A DNA stretch of 64,000 bases from Bixzunavirus cane17 (lineage: Duplodnaviria; Heunggongvirae; Uroviricota; Caudoviricetes). The DNA is taken from IMG/VR virus record IMGVR_UViG_2974759174_000001. One strand, given 5' to 3'. Both the position numbers and the translations under genes were made by a program. The notes under the pieces were generated by a model. The model worked only from the letters and a program-made list of their open reading frames with translations. It did no database searches and had not been told where the DNA came from. Shown in pieces: positions 25,927 through 35,800 of this stretch; the first letter of the stretch is position 1; every line of letters starts with the position of its first letter.

Positions 25927-27441
25927 ATGTGCTACGGCTGCCAGCAGGTCCTCGCTGACTTGCAGGACTACTACGAGGGCGCACGGATCACCGCCGCCGA
26001 GTGCCAGGTCCCGCCGGAGTGGCAGCGCTACTACGACCACATGAGCGGTCAGCCGGATCGCTCGCAGGCCGCGCACCTGATGATGCCGACCGAGCTGGTG
26101 CACCACTACCGCGAGTACGACCGTGACCCTGCCGACCCGAACTACCAGGTGCTCAAGAAGGTCATCCGGGAGCACGGCAATCAGATCCGTCAGCCGCTGG
26201 TAATCAACGCCGACGACACCCACGGCGTGCTAACCGAGGGCAATCACCGCGCGGCCATCGCGCGCGAGCTGGGCATCACTCATCTGCCAGTGCGGGTCCA
26301 GTACGGCCCCAAAGCCCAGGCCAACGAGGGCACCCCGGTGCCGCACCATCCTGCATTCAAGCAGTGGCTGGACGCTAACATCGGAGGACTGCAGCGTCAG
26401 GCTGGGGCCAATGGCGATATGCCTGCGGGCATCAGGATTCAGCAATTGCCCCGGATTCAACGCAAGCAACAGATTGAACCGTGGCTCGGGTTGAAAGAGA
26501 ATGGCGTTCACGCCTTGCATCCGGACGGAACTGAGTTGGGTCACTTGACCTGGTGGGAGCCGGATGGCGAAATTGCCGGAGTTGAAGTTCATCCCGATTA
26601 CCGTCGACGCGGCATTGCCGACGCGCTGTTAGACTACGCACGGTCAAACTTCAATCCGGAGGTGCATCATTCAGAGACTCTGACAGCTGATGGCAGAGCT
26701 TGGTCCAAGCAACGCCAGGCCGGTGTCGACCCGGAGATGACGTCGCTGGTGCACTTCACCAAGCCGCACATCCGCGACAAGATCATCCAGGAGCAGCGGT
26801 TCCAGCAGCATCCGCAGGGTGCTCACAACGACCATTCGTTCTTCACCACCTATGACAACCGTCACGACCCCGACTTCCGGGGCAAGTGGGGATACGGCGA
26901 TGTCGGCGTTGTCGTGGACGTCCCGTCGCACCTGGTGAAGCCGGACGGAGACTGGCCGCATCCCAAGTCGTTCATGGTGCATCGGGACGACTTGGCCGGA
27001 CTGCCGATCCGTTCGCTGGACCGACACGCCGCCGAGGACCGGTGGGACCACCCTGCCGAGGGTGAGGGCTTTGACGCCTGGCGCAACCGGCTGTGGGACG
27101 GTCTGGCCGAGGGTAAGACCTTCCACCCGAACGCCCCGGGCAGCCACTACCGGGCGATGAGCGACGAGGAGTTCAAGGCCGGTATTGCCAACGGCGGCTT
27201 TCACACCCTGCCGGGCAACAAGAGCCTGTTCGTCACCGACGACCCCGATCGGCTGGCCGGTGGCGCCTACGGCGGCAAGGGTGGCGGACACATCGTCGAG
27301 TTCGCCCCGCAGGAGACTCACGACGTCTCCAGCTACTACGTCAACGGCCTCAACGAGAAGGGCGTCAGTCACATCCCGCTCGACGCGGTGCGCCGGGTCT
27401 GGAGCTGGAACGGATCGGACCACCATCCGGCCCCCTACTGA
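25927..27441 (+). CDS. ParB-like nuclease (sulfiredoxin-fold) and GNAT acetyltransferase fusion protein with a 230-aa C-terminal domain of unknown function (504 aa)
   Basis: ParBc motif QPLVINADDTHGVLTEGNHRAAIARELGITHLPV; GNAT motif A VEVHPDYRRRGIADALLDYA. Confidence 0.8.
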   Translation: MCYGCQQVLADLQDYYEGARITAAECQVPPEWQRYYDHMSGQPDRSQAAHLMMPTELVHHYREYDRDPADPNYQVLKKVIREHGNQIRQPLVINADDTHGVLTEGNHRAAIARELGITHLPVRVQYGPKAQANEGTPVPHHPAFKQWLDANIGGLQRQAGANGDMPAGIRIQQLPRIQRKQQIEPWLGLKENGVHALHPDGTELGHLTWWEPDGEIAGVEVHPDYRRRGIADALLDYARSNFNPEVHHSETLTADGRAWSKQRQAGVDPEMTSLVHFTKPHIRDKIIQEQRFQQHPQGAHNDHSFFTTYDNRHDPDFRGKWGYGDVGVVVDVPSHLVKPDGDWPHPKSFMVHRDDLAGLPIRSLDRHAAEDRWDHPAEGEGFDAWRNRLWDGLAEGKTFHPNAPGSHYRAMSDEEFKAGIANGGFHTLPGNKSLFVTDDPDRLAGGAYGGKGGGHIVEFAPQETHDVSSYYVNGLNEKGVSHIPLDAVRRVWSWNGSDHHPAPY

Positions 27442-27553
27442 TCGGCCCGATAGGCGCGACTCGCAGATACCCGCAGACAAGCTCGACAAAGCCTGATACA
27501 GTCATCCCTATGTTCGCTTTCCGCCTGAGTTTGTCCTCATCGCTACTTAGCTA

Positions 27554-27574
27554 GCGGAGGGCTCACTCCTCCGC
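27554..27574 (+). other. hairpin GCGGAGG-gctcact-CCTCCGC immediately 5' of tRNA-Ser (acceptor-stem-like remnant or processing signal)
   Basis: perfect 7-bp stem; the CCTCCGC motif recurs four times in the tRNA region. Confidence 0.35.
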
Positions 27575-27580
27575 GTCTAA

Positions 27581-27663
27581 GGAGGGTGAGCATCAGGTGA
27601 TGCAGCGAGATTGCTAATCCCGTACGGTAACCACCCCGTGAGGTTCGAATCCTCCTCCCTCCG
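27581..27663 (+). tRNA. tRNA-Ser (anticodon GCU) with long variable arm
   Basis: acceptor GGAGGGT/TCCCTCC, T-arm GAGG-TTCGAAT-CCTC, anticodon loop TTGCTAA, variable arm ACGG-taaccacc-CCGT. Confidence 0.6.
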
Positions 27664-27689
27664 CGTAGTACATCCATGGAGGATGAAGC

Positions 27690-27735
27690 AGCCGCGTAGT
27701 GCGGCGACCGGATTCGAAACCCGGGTAGCGCGTCA
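27690..27735 (+). other. tRNA-like remnant (T-arm-like CCGGATTCGAAACCCGG) without a foldable acceptor stem
   Basis: T-loop-like sequence seen; no complementary acceptor found on either strand. Confidence 0.25.
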
Positions 27736-27856
27736 TGGCGCTTGGGGAGCGTGCCCTCCTTCCTCCGCTTGGGAGAAGAAACCGTCAAGGCTGACGGGAC
27801 CGCTTGGAAAGCGGCTCGTGGGTAACACCATGAGGATCGTGCCCTCTCTTCTCCGC

Positions 27857-27942
27857 GCCTCGGTGACGTAATGGAAGCCGTGCTGCACTCAGACTGCAGT
27901 GTCCGAAAGGGCGTGAGGGTTCGACTCCCTCCCGAGGTACCA
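27857..27942 (+). tRNA. tRNA-Leu (anticodon CAG) with long variable arm and encoded CCA
   Basis: acceptor GCCTCGG/CCGAGGT (G-U at 1-72), anticodon stem CTGCA/TGCAG perfect, loop CTCAGAC, T-arm GAGGG-TTCGACT-CCCTC, 3' ACCA. Confidence 0.7.
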
Positions 27943-27943
27943 A

Positions 27944-28016
27944 GCCCCTGTATCCCAACGGCAGAGGAAGCGGTCTGAGAGGCCGTTCAGTGAGGGTTCG
28001 AATCCCTCTGGGGGCA
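27944..28016 (+). tRNA. tRNA, type I (short variable arm); the anticodon loop reads CTGAGAG (GAG), so the isotype is ambiguous
   Basis: acceptor GCCCCTG/TGGGGGC, T-arm GAGGG-TTCGAAT-CCCTC; a Leu anticodon without a long arm is anomalous. Confidence 0.5.
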
Positions 28017-28017
28017 C

Positions 28018-28091
28018 GCCGCAGTATGCAAACCGGAAAAGCAGCCGTACTCAAAATGCGGTGCGTGCGGGTTCGATCCCCGCCTGCGGTA
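28018..28091 (+). tRNA. tRNA, type I; the anticodon loop reads CTCAAAA (CAA), so the isotype is ambiguous
   Basis: acceptor GCCGCAG/CTGCGGT, T-arm GCGGG-TTCGATC-CCCGC. Confidence 0.5.
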
Positions 28092-28458
28092 CTTTGGCTC
28101 GTTGACGTTGCTGCGCCTGGGTGTTGGCGGCAGTGCAGGCCTTGCACCGGCACTTGATCTTGGGGTTGCGATACCTCCCCACAGTTCCATGCTGGTGATA
28201 TCCCATGTCGTTCGCCGTCTTCTCCTGATGACAGGGCTCGCAAAGCACCTGACACTTGGTCAGCTCAGCTTCTCGCCGTGCGGCGCTCCAAGACCAGATC
28301 TTGTGGTCGACTTTCTGAGTCGGGTCGATGTGATCAAGTCGGAGATCTTCTGTGGCACCGCACTCCACACAGGACTTCCCTGCGAAGTACTCGGTTCGCC
28401 GTCGCGCCACCCATTCACGTTGATACTGGCGCTGGGCTTCGGGGTCCTTGTAGGGCAC
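28051..28458 (-). CDS. HNH homing endonuclease (135 aa); its 3' end overlaps the last tRNA on the opposite strand
   Basis: CVECG ... LDHIDP ... KCQVLCEPCH HNH motif; GTG start with GGGATAGGA RBS. Confidence 0.8.
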   Translation of the reverse strand: MPYKDPEAQRQYQREWVARRRTEYFAGKSCVECGATEDLRLDHIDPTQKVDHKIWSWSAARREAELTKCQVLCEPCHQEKTANDMGYHQHGTVGRYRNPKIKCRCKACTAANTQAQQRQRAKVPQAGIEPARTAF

Positions 28459-28504
28459 GGGTTCATCCTATCCCTGAGTACACATGGCGCAGTGCCGGTC
28501 TACA

Positions 28505-28514
28505 ACCTGTAGAA
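28505..28514 (+). promoter_or_regulatory. copy 1 of conserved motif tCAACCTGTAG, 68 bp upstream of the giant acidic-protein gene
   Basis: identical 10-mer also at 36596 and 39576. Confidence 0.35.
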
Positions 28515-28572
28515 AACCTACCGACCTGTTCTAACCAGTAGGAGCAACACCTTCTATCTGGCAGGAGCAGGG

Positions 28573-31500
28573 ATGAGTGACTTTGGTCTGTTCGAGGCGG
28601 CAGCTGACGCCGAACAGGAGCCGAGCCGTAAGCACCGGATCGCCGCGCGCAAAATGGCCGCAGCGCTGGTCGACGTGCACGCCAAGTTCGGGTCGTTCAT
28701 GACCAACGCTGACGGCGTCGACAACTTCGAGGACCGGTTCTCGATGAGTCGTCGTGACATCGCCAAGGTCATGGTGGCCCACGGTGTGGGCGCCTATCCG
28801 GCGGTGATGCGTGAGGTCCACGGCAGCCTCAAGAGCGCTTGGTACGAGAAGCACGCTGAGTTCGACGAAGACGCGGGCACCACCGAGGAGTCCAACTTCG
28901 AGGACGGCGATGACTCCGGCTCGGACAAGCCCGGCGGCAAGGAGGCCCGGCGCCGCAAGGTCGCTGAGGACCGCGACGCCCCGGTACAGGCCATCCAGGA
29001 GACCTACGCCCCGTCGGGCGGCAACTTGGTCCCCGAGGGTGACTTCGACGGCTACCTGGACCGAGTTGACCAGGGTGGTCCTGAGAACGTCAGTGGCCAC
29101 GACTTCACCCCCGGCGGCGACTCGGGTGTGGACTCCCACCACCACGAGGCCCGCCAGCTGGTGGCCGACCTCTACACCGACTGGGCCGAGAGCAATGGCC
29201 TCCGTGTCGCGTCGATGAACACCCTCGACGTCTACGCGGCCAACGGCCTGCACGACGACGACTACTACCTGCTGGCCGCGATGATCCGCAAGGCCGAGTG
29301 CGAGTGCGAGGACGACGACAAGGAAGAGTCCGACTCGGACGATTCCGACTCGGACAGCGATAGTGACTCGGACAGCGACTCGGACGACGACGTCGACGAG
29401 GACGGCCCCGAGGGTCCGGACACCGACAGCGACGGCCCGCCTGCGGGTGCTGCCGAGAAGGGCGGCGAGATCTCCGACGAGGGCGGATCCGAGGACGACT
29501 CCAATCCGTTCGACGGCGAGGATGAGGCCCCCGAAGAGGATGGCGAGGACTTCCCGGCAGACCCCAATGGCCTGGAGGACGCCGGTCCTCAGGACGCGCC
29601 CGTCGACGACGGCAGCGCTGGTGGCCAGGAGTTCACCGTCCCCGAGCAGGCCCCTGAGCTGCCACAGGACGAGATGAGCCAGCTGCAGGACTCCGGTCCA
29701 CAGAGCGTGCCGCCGGAGGTTATCGACGACATCCTGGGCCTGCCTCCGGGCACCCTGGAGCAGCTCATCGCCGAGGAACTCGGTCAGGCTGGCGGCGGCA
29801 CTCCGCCGCAAGGGTCGCCTCCGCAGTTGGCCCGCCGACGTCGTCAGGCGGCAGAGGACCCCACCGGGGCCGCTGAGTCTGCCGACCAGGGTGACGCAGC
29901 GGCGGCAGCAGCCCCGGCAGCCGCAGGCGCGGGCAGTGCTGGAGCCATCCCGCCGCCTGGATCGGCCTCGGTCGCTCCTCCGCCCGCACCGGCGCCGCTG
30001 GAGAACCAGCCCGCCGAGGACGCACTGCTGGACACCGCCGTCCAGTCGGTCACCCAGATGATCGACCGCGAGACCCAGGAGTACCAGCAGATCATCGACC
30101 CGCTGACGCAGGCCCTGCAGGCGATCGAGTTCGCCCAGCAGGTCGAGCAGGCCGAGAATCCGCTCGACGTCACCCCGCCCGAGGGCACCGTCGATGCCAG
30201 CCCGGCAGCAGCCCCTGGTGGCGCCAACAGCCTGCAGCAGCAGGCCAGCCACGCGCGGCGCATGATGGCGCGCACGGCAGGCATCGCCAAGCAGTTCGGC
30301 CTGACCAAGCGGGCCGAGGCCATGATGATCCACGCGATGAGCCGCAAGCACTACGAGCACGTGGCCGAGGCCATCCGTATGGTGCCGCCGGAGATGCGCG
30401 GTCCGGTCGCCGAGCACATTGGCGCGATGTTCCGTGAGGACAACCCCCGGTTCAACCACGACCTGTGGATGCAGCACGTCGCCGGAAACAGGCGCGCCAA
30501 GAGCACCGACGACTTCCACACCTACAACGACCGTGGCGGCGAGCCGGGTGATTACGAGCGCAACAACCGGGGCTACAGCGAGATCGGCAACGGCATGGTG
30601 CAGGACTGGGAGACCGGCGAGGTCTACCCGCACCCCGGACGCACTGCGGGCCGCTGGAACACCCCGCCGGGCGGGACGCCGTGGCTGGATGCCACCCCAG
30701 CGAGCCGCCGCCCTTTCGTCGTTAGCCGTACCGCCGGGGAGACCTGGAAGAACACGCCCACCATGGACGCGTTCGAGTTCCCCGGCCACGGCGAGACGCC
30801 GGAGATCTCCGACAACATGAAGATCAACGACCTGCCGAAGACGACCAAGAACGCCGCCCTCGACGTCGAGGCCAAGGGCGTGCTCGACATGTTCGACGAC
30901 TTCACCAAGAAGCGCACCGACAAGGGCCTGAACCTGGGCCCTGCGGCCAACGTCGAGACGTTCAAGCAGGAGAAGGGCGACAAGGTCGGTCCCAAGGCTC
31001 TCGACAAACTGGAGAAGACCATCGAGGCCAACCGCAAGGCGGCGTCGTTCTTCACCCGCAAGGTGCCGGGTTGGACCTGGAACGACCACCTGGCCGGGTA
31101 TGTCACCGACGCCCGTCGGCAGTTCATCTGCTCGTGCGGCGCCGGTATTGAGACGCCGAGCTATACCATGTGCCACTGCGGCAAGATCTGGAACAGCTAC
31201 GCGATCGGCGACACCCAGCACCTGGCCAGCGACTCCGCCGAGCAGTTCATCACCCGCGAGATCCCGGTCCGCAAGGACGTGATCCTGGCCAACCGTCAGA
31301 TGGCCGATGGGCCGCTTACCGGCGACGAGAGGCTGCCTCAGGACGACCCTGAGAGTCTGGCCTATCAGGACCGCCAGGGGATCTCGAACGCCCCTGGGTG
31401 GGGCACCTGGCCGCAGCATCAGATGAAGATGATCGTCGACAGCCCGGAGTTCCGTGTCCCGGAGCACTACTTGCCGGGTCGTGACCGAATGAGCCACAAG

Positions 31501-31995
31501 CAGGCCTGGACCTCTGACAGTGGCTGGACCCCGCCGGACCAGCGCGACGTCGACTGGGTCGAGGACGAGGACCGCGAGGACGCCGATGGCCCGCAGGCCC
31601 CGGGCAAGACTGCCGGTGCCTTCGACACCTACATGAACGGCCTGTCGCAGCTGCCGGAGTTCGACGAGTGGGCCATGGGCAGTGATCATGTCCCGGCGCC
31701 GGAGTCCACACCTGCTCCTCCAGCACCAGCACCGGCTCCCTCGCTCAAGGACCGGGTCCGCCAGCATCTGATCGACCGGATGAACCGCACCGGTCCTCCC
31801 GGAGGCTTCGCCGGTGGCCGCTCGGCCAAGCTCAAGGACGAGGACTACATCGTCAAGTACACCGACGATGAAGATCCGGCGCGTCGGTCCGGCCCAAAGA
31901 AGCCTCCGTCCACCACGATCAAGGGTGGAGATCAGAAGTGGCACTCTCGCGGTGATGGAGGGAAGTTCACGTCCACTTCTCCATTCGGTGAGTGA
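28573..31995 (+). CDS. giant acidic low-complexity protein (1140 aa) with an (SD)n repeat, Pro/Ala-rich linkers and a C-terminal SWIM-type zinc finger
   Basis: DSDDSDSDSDSDSDSDSDDD at about 29330-29390; CSCGAGIETPSYTMCHCG fits CxCxnCxH; high GC3; the opposite-strand 1190-aa ORF is a shadow. Confidence 0.8.
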   Translation: MSDFGLFEAAADAEQEPSRKHRIAARKMAAALVDVHAKFGSFMTNADGVDNFEDRFSMSRRDIAKVMVAHGVGAYPAVMREVHGSLKSAWYEKHAEFDEDAGTTEESNFEDGDDSGSDKPGGKEARRRKVAEDRDAPVQAIQETYAPSGGNLVPEGDFDGYLDRVDQGGPENVSGHDFTPGGDSGVDSHHHEARQLVADLYTDWAESNGLRVASMNTLDVYAANGLHDDDYYLLAAMIRKAECECEDDDKEESDSDDSDSDSDSDSDSDSDDDVDEDGPEGPDTDSDGPPAGAAEKGGEISDEGGSEDDSNPFDGEDEAPEEDGEDFPADPNGLEDAGPQDAPVDDGSAGGQEFTVPEQAPELPQDEMSQLQDSGPQSVPPEVIDDILGLPPGTLEQLIAEELGQAGGGTPPQGSPPQLARRRRQAAEDPTGAAESADQGDAAAAAAPAAAGAGSAGAIPPPGSASVAPPPAPAPLENQPAEDALLDTAVQSVTQMIDRETQEYQQIIDPLTQALQAIEFAQQVEQAENPLDVTPPEGTVDASPAAAPGGANSLQQQASHARRMMARTAGIAKQFGLTKRAEAMMIHAMSRKHYEHVAEAIRMVPPEMRGPVAEHIGAMFREDNPRFNHDLWMQHVAGNRRAKSTDDFHTYNDRGGEPGDYERNNRGYSEIGNGMVQDWETGEVYPHPGRTAGRWNTPPGGTPWLDATPASRRPFVVSRTAGETWKNTPTMDAFEFPGHGETPEISDNMKINDLPKTTKNAALDVEAKGVLDMFDDFTKKRTDKGLNLGPAANVETFKQEKGDKVGPKALDKLEKTIEANRKAASFFTRKVPGWTWNDHLAGYVTDARRQFICSCGAGIETPSYTMCHCGKIWNSYAIGDTQHLASDSAEQFITREIPVRKDVILANRQMADGPLTGDERLPQDDPESLAYQDRQGISNAPGWGTWPQHQMKMIVDSPEFRVPEHYLPGRDRMSHKQAWTSDSGWTPPDQRDVDWVEDEDREDADGPQAPGKTAGAFDTYMNGLSQLPEFDEWAMGSDHVPAPESTPAPPAPAPAPSLKDRVRQHLIDRMNRTGPPGGFAGGRSAKLKDEDYIVKYTDDEDPARRSGPKKPPSTTIKGGDQKWHSRGDGGKFTSTSPFGE

Positions 31996-32002
31996 GGGAC
32001 GA

Positions 32003-32473
32003 ATGACAGCTGTCGAGGATCGCTTTTGGTCCAAGATCGATGCATCTGATGGATGTTGGCTCTGGACGGGGTCTCTCACGCACAACGGATACGGTCGATT
32101 CAAGGTTGACGGGAAGATGGTCCGAGCACATAGGTTCGCCTATCAGATGATGATCGGCGACATCCCTGAAGGCATGGAGCTGGACCATCGGCACACCTGT
32201 CCCAAGAGGTGCGTCAATCCAGAACACCTGCGACTTGTAACGCACAAACGCAATCAGGAGAACCGGTCAGGAGCCATGAGAAACAGCTCCACCGGCATTC
32301 AAGGGGTGTATTGGGACAAGAGGAACTCCTGCTGGCATGCGCGGGTGGGACATCACGGCAAGCGCGTCCACGTGGGGCGTTTCTTGACCTCGGAAGAGGC
32401 TGAGGCTGCCGTTGTTGCCAAGAGGCTGGAACTCTTCACTCATAACGACGCAGACCGGTTGGTGACCGTATGA
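32003..32473 (+). CDS. HNH endonuclease with C-terminal AP2 DNA-binding domain (156 aa)
   Basis: DGCWLWTGSLTHNGYGRF ... ELDHRHTCPKRCVNPEHLRLVTHKRNQ (HNH_3); GIQGVYWDKRNSCWHARVGHHGKRVHVGRF (AP2). Confidence 0.8.
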   Translation: MTAVEDRFWSKIDASDGCWLWTGSLTHNGYGRFKVDGKMVRAHRFAYQMMIGDIPEGMELDHRHTCPKRCVNPEHLRLVTHKRNQENRSGAMRNSSTGIQGVYWDKRNSCWHARVGHHGKRVHVGRFLTSEEAEAAVVAKRLELFTHNDADRLVTV

Positions 32474-32838
32474 GGGACTTGTGCTTCGGGTGTAAGGGCT
32501 TCAAGGAGATCGTCCACACCGAGGGTGGGACGGGCCATCCTTACTGCCAGGACTGCGCCCTGATGCAGCCGCCGACGTCTGACGAGTGGGCGCTGGTCTT
32601 GCTCAACGCCCCTTGGTCGCCGTACTCGGCCCCGTTCAAGCCGGGCGACAAGGTGGAGGCCCGCACTGCGGGTCAGATCTTCGACGGGGTCGGCGAAGTC
32701 GTCGACATGTCCGTCTCGCTGGAACACGGGGGAACTCCCGTGTATCCGACGTTCAAAGTGGTCCTGGCAGAGAAGGCACACGACTTGGCCCCGGATGAGG
32801 CTTGGTACACCGAATGCTGCCTTACACGAGTGGAGTGA
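32470..32838 (+). CDS. hypothetical zinc-ribbon protein (122 aa)
   Basis: CFGCKG ... CQDC; ATGA coupling. Confidence 0.65.
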   Translation: MRDLCFGCKGFKEIVHTEGGTGHPYCQDCALMQPPTSDEWALVLLNAPWSPYSAPFKPGDKVEARTAGQIFDGVGEVVDMSVSLEHGGTPVYPTFKVVLAEKAHDLAPDEAWYTECCLTRVE

Positions 32839-32841
32839 TAC

Positions 32842-35800
32842 GTGAGTAGCCCCATCTACAAGGCCGGGTCCAACTGGTCGGCAGAGGTCAATCGCCTGCG
32901 CAAGGCGGGCGTGAACATGCCGAACAGCCCCACCATGGCCCGCGCCCAGGCTGCTGCGCTCCAGAACACCGTGGACAACAAGCCGCTGATCGACTACTTC
33001 CAGGGGCGCCGCCGCGCCGCCGAGGCCAACCGCCAGCGCCTGGCCAGCTACCGCAAGCAGGGCAACTTCGGCTCCAACATGCAGATCGCCATGCCCAAGA
33101 TCCGCCAGCCGCTGGGCACGCTGGCCGACAAGGGCATTCCGTTCAATGTCGAGGACGAAGAAGAGCTTCGGGTCATCAGACACTGGTGCAGACTCTTCTA
33201 TGCCACCCACGACCTGGTCCCGCTGCTCATCGACATCTACTCGAAGTTTCCGGTCGTCGGCATGGAGTTCGACTCCAAGGACCCGCTGATCAAGACGTTC
33301 TACGAGGACCTGTTCTTCGGCGAAGACCTCAACTACCTGGAGTTCCTGCCCGACCAGTTCGCGCGCGAGTACTTCACCGTCGGTGAGGTCACCTCGCTGG
33401 CGCACTTCAACGAGTCACTTGGCGTCTGGAGCTCCGAGGAGATCCTTAACCCCGACATGCTGCGTGTCAGCCGGTCGATGTTCGTCCAGCGCGAGCGTGT
33501 GCAGCTCATGGTCAAGGACCTCGTCGACCACCTGCGTCAGGGGCCGACCACGGCGGGCGGCAACATGTCGACCGTCGAGGAGACGCCGTCGGAGCGTGAG
33601 CAGCGGATGCGCGAGTTCCAGGACCTGCAGCGCCGCTACCCCGAGATCATCCAGGCCGCGATGCAGAACGACGGCCTCGACATCTCCGAGGCCCTGATCA
33701 GCCGCGTGGTCAACCGGCCCACCGCCTGGGCCACCCGGGGCGCCCCGCACCTGCTGCGCAGCTTCCGGACCCTGATGGCCGAAGAGTCGCTCAACGCCGC
33801 CCAGGACGCGGTGGCCGATCGCCTCTACAGCCCGCTGGTGCTGGCCACCCTGGGCATCGAGGACATGGGCGACGGCGAGCCGTGGATTCCCGACCAGGGC
33901 GAGCTCGACGAGGTCCGCGACGACATGCAGTCGCTGCTGGCCGCTGACTTCCGCCTGATGGTGCACAACTTCGGCCTCAAGGTCGAGAACGTGTTCGGGC
34001 GCGAGAGCGTGCCCAACCTCGACGCCGACTACGACCGCATCGAGCGCAAGCTGCTGCAGGCCTGGGGCATCGGTGAGGCGCTGATCTCCGGCGGCACCGG
34101 TGGCGCCTACGCCTCCAGCGCGCTCAACCGTGAGTTCGTCACCCAGATCATGACAGGCTTCCAGAACGCTCTCAAGCGCCACATCCGGCGCCGGTGCGAG
34201 GTGGTCGCCGAGGCGCAGGGTCACTATGACTACGACCTCAAGGGCGGGGTCCGCGTCCCGATCTACCGCGAGATCGTCGAGTACGACGAGGAGACCGGCC
34301 AGGAGTACATCCGCAAGGTCCCCAAGCTGCTCATCCCGGAGATCAAGTTCTCCTGCGTGGTTCCTGGCACCCAGGTTCTCACCCCGACCGGCCAGCGCAG
34401 CGTCGAGGACATCCAGCCTGGCGACGAGGTCATCGCCTGGGACGGCACCGGCTACGTCATCGACACCGCCCTACACACCGGCATCGAGCATCGCGACCGT
34501 CTGGTCGAGGTGACCACTGCGACCGGACGCACGGTGCGCTGCACCGCCGATCACCCGTTCTGGACTGACCGGGGATGGGTGCTGGCTGAGAACCTCACTA
34601 CCGACAGTCTGATTCGCACGTCTGCCGGTCAGTTGGCGGCGCACATCGAGTCTGATGACGACCTGGACATGCTGCGGTTTCTGGGTCTGCTGGTTGGTGA
34701 CGGCAACTACTCGACCACCCATGTGTCGCTTTCGGTCAGCGACCCCGAGGTGGATGCGTTCGTCTGCGAGCAGGCCGAGCGGATGGGCCTGACCGCCCGA
34801 CGGAAGGCCGATGCTCGCACCGACAAGGTGTGGTACCGGACGTTCGTCCGGCCCGCGCCGTGGAAGGGCAACGCGCTCCGCAACCCGCTGCACACGCTGC
34901 TGCGCGAGCAGGGCATGTGGGGCAAGAATGCCCACACCAAGCGGGTGCCGCCGATGGTGTGGGCGGCGGGGGCCAAGGGGCGCGCGGCGTTCCTGTCCGG
35001 CTACTTCGACGCGGACGGCTACGCCTGCCGCACCTCCGGCCTCAAGATCACGTCGGTCAACCGCCTCCTGCTGGACGACTGCCAGGTGCTGTTTGAGTCG
35101 CTGGGCATCCGCGCCCAGGTGCGCTCTTACGCCTACCGCTACGACGGCCAGAAGAACCCCGGCGTGCAGTCGGTCAACCACTTGACGGTCAGCAACAACC
35201 ACTACTTCCAGATGCTGCGGGACACCCTGTCGCCGGTAATCGGCAGCAAAACCGCCGCACTAGACGACATGGCCCGCCCGTCCACGCGGGGCCGGAAGGC
35301 TCCGCGCCCGGTGGAGTGGGATCAGGTCACGTCGGTGACCCACCTGGCTGAGGGCGGCGACATCGTCACCCTGGGCATCACCAGCACCCATACTCATGTC
35401 ACGGCGGGCCTGGTGTCGCACAACACGCTCAACCTGCGTGACGAGGCCCAAGAGCGTGCCTTCATCGCCCAGCTCAAGGGCATGGGCGTGCCGGTCAGCG
35501 ACAAGACGCTGGCGGTCAACATCGACATGAAGTTCGACCAGGAGCTGGAACGTCAGGCCGACGAGACCGTGCAGAAGCTCATGGCCACCGCACAGGCCAT
35601 GAAGAAGGTCCAGGACCTGTGCGACGCGCAGAACCTGCCCTACCCGCCGGAGCTGGCCCAGCACCTGCAGTCCACTCTGGCGCTGCGCCAGGGCAAGACC
35701 CAGACCGAGCTGGGCGAGGCCCAGGCGGTCGCGGGCGGGGCTCAGGCCGAACTGCAGACCAAGCAGATCGAGATGCAGGAAATGATGATGGACCAGCAGA

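Noticed and set aside
27664-27740. Fifth tRNA between tRNA-Ser and tRNA-Leu
   Set aside because: Only a T-arm-like segment is present, CCGGATTCGAAACCCGG with a mismatched 53-61 pair, and no complementary acceptor stem on either strand. Called a remnant.
29330-29390. Possible CRISPR or tandem repeat: GACTCGGACAGCGA-like repeats
   Set aside because: It is a coding (SD)n microsatellite inside the acidic protein, not a spacer-repeat array. No CRISPR array was found anywhere.
31630-31660. Walker A-like GPQAPGKT in the acidic protein (terminase ATPase?)
   Set aside because: It is embedded in a low-complexity acidic linker with no surrounding ATPase motifs. Judged coincidental.
28531-32103. 1190-aa minus-strand ORF
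   Set aside because: Antisense shadow of the 1140-aa acidic-protein gene; Gly/Arg/Val/Leu-rich with no domain signal.
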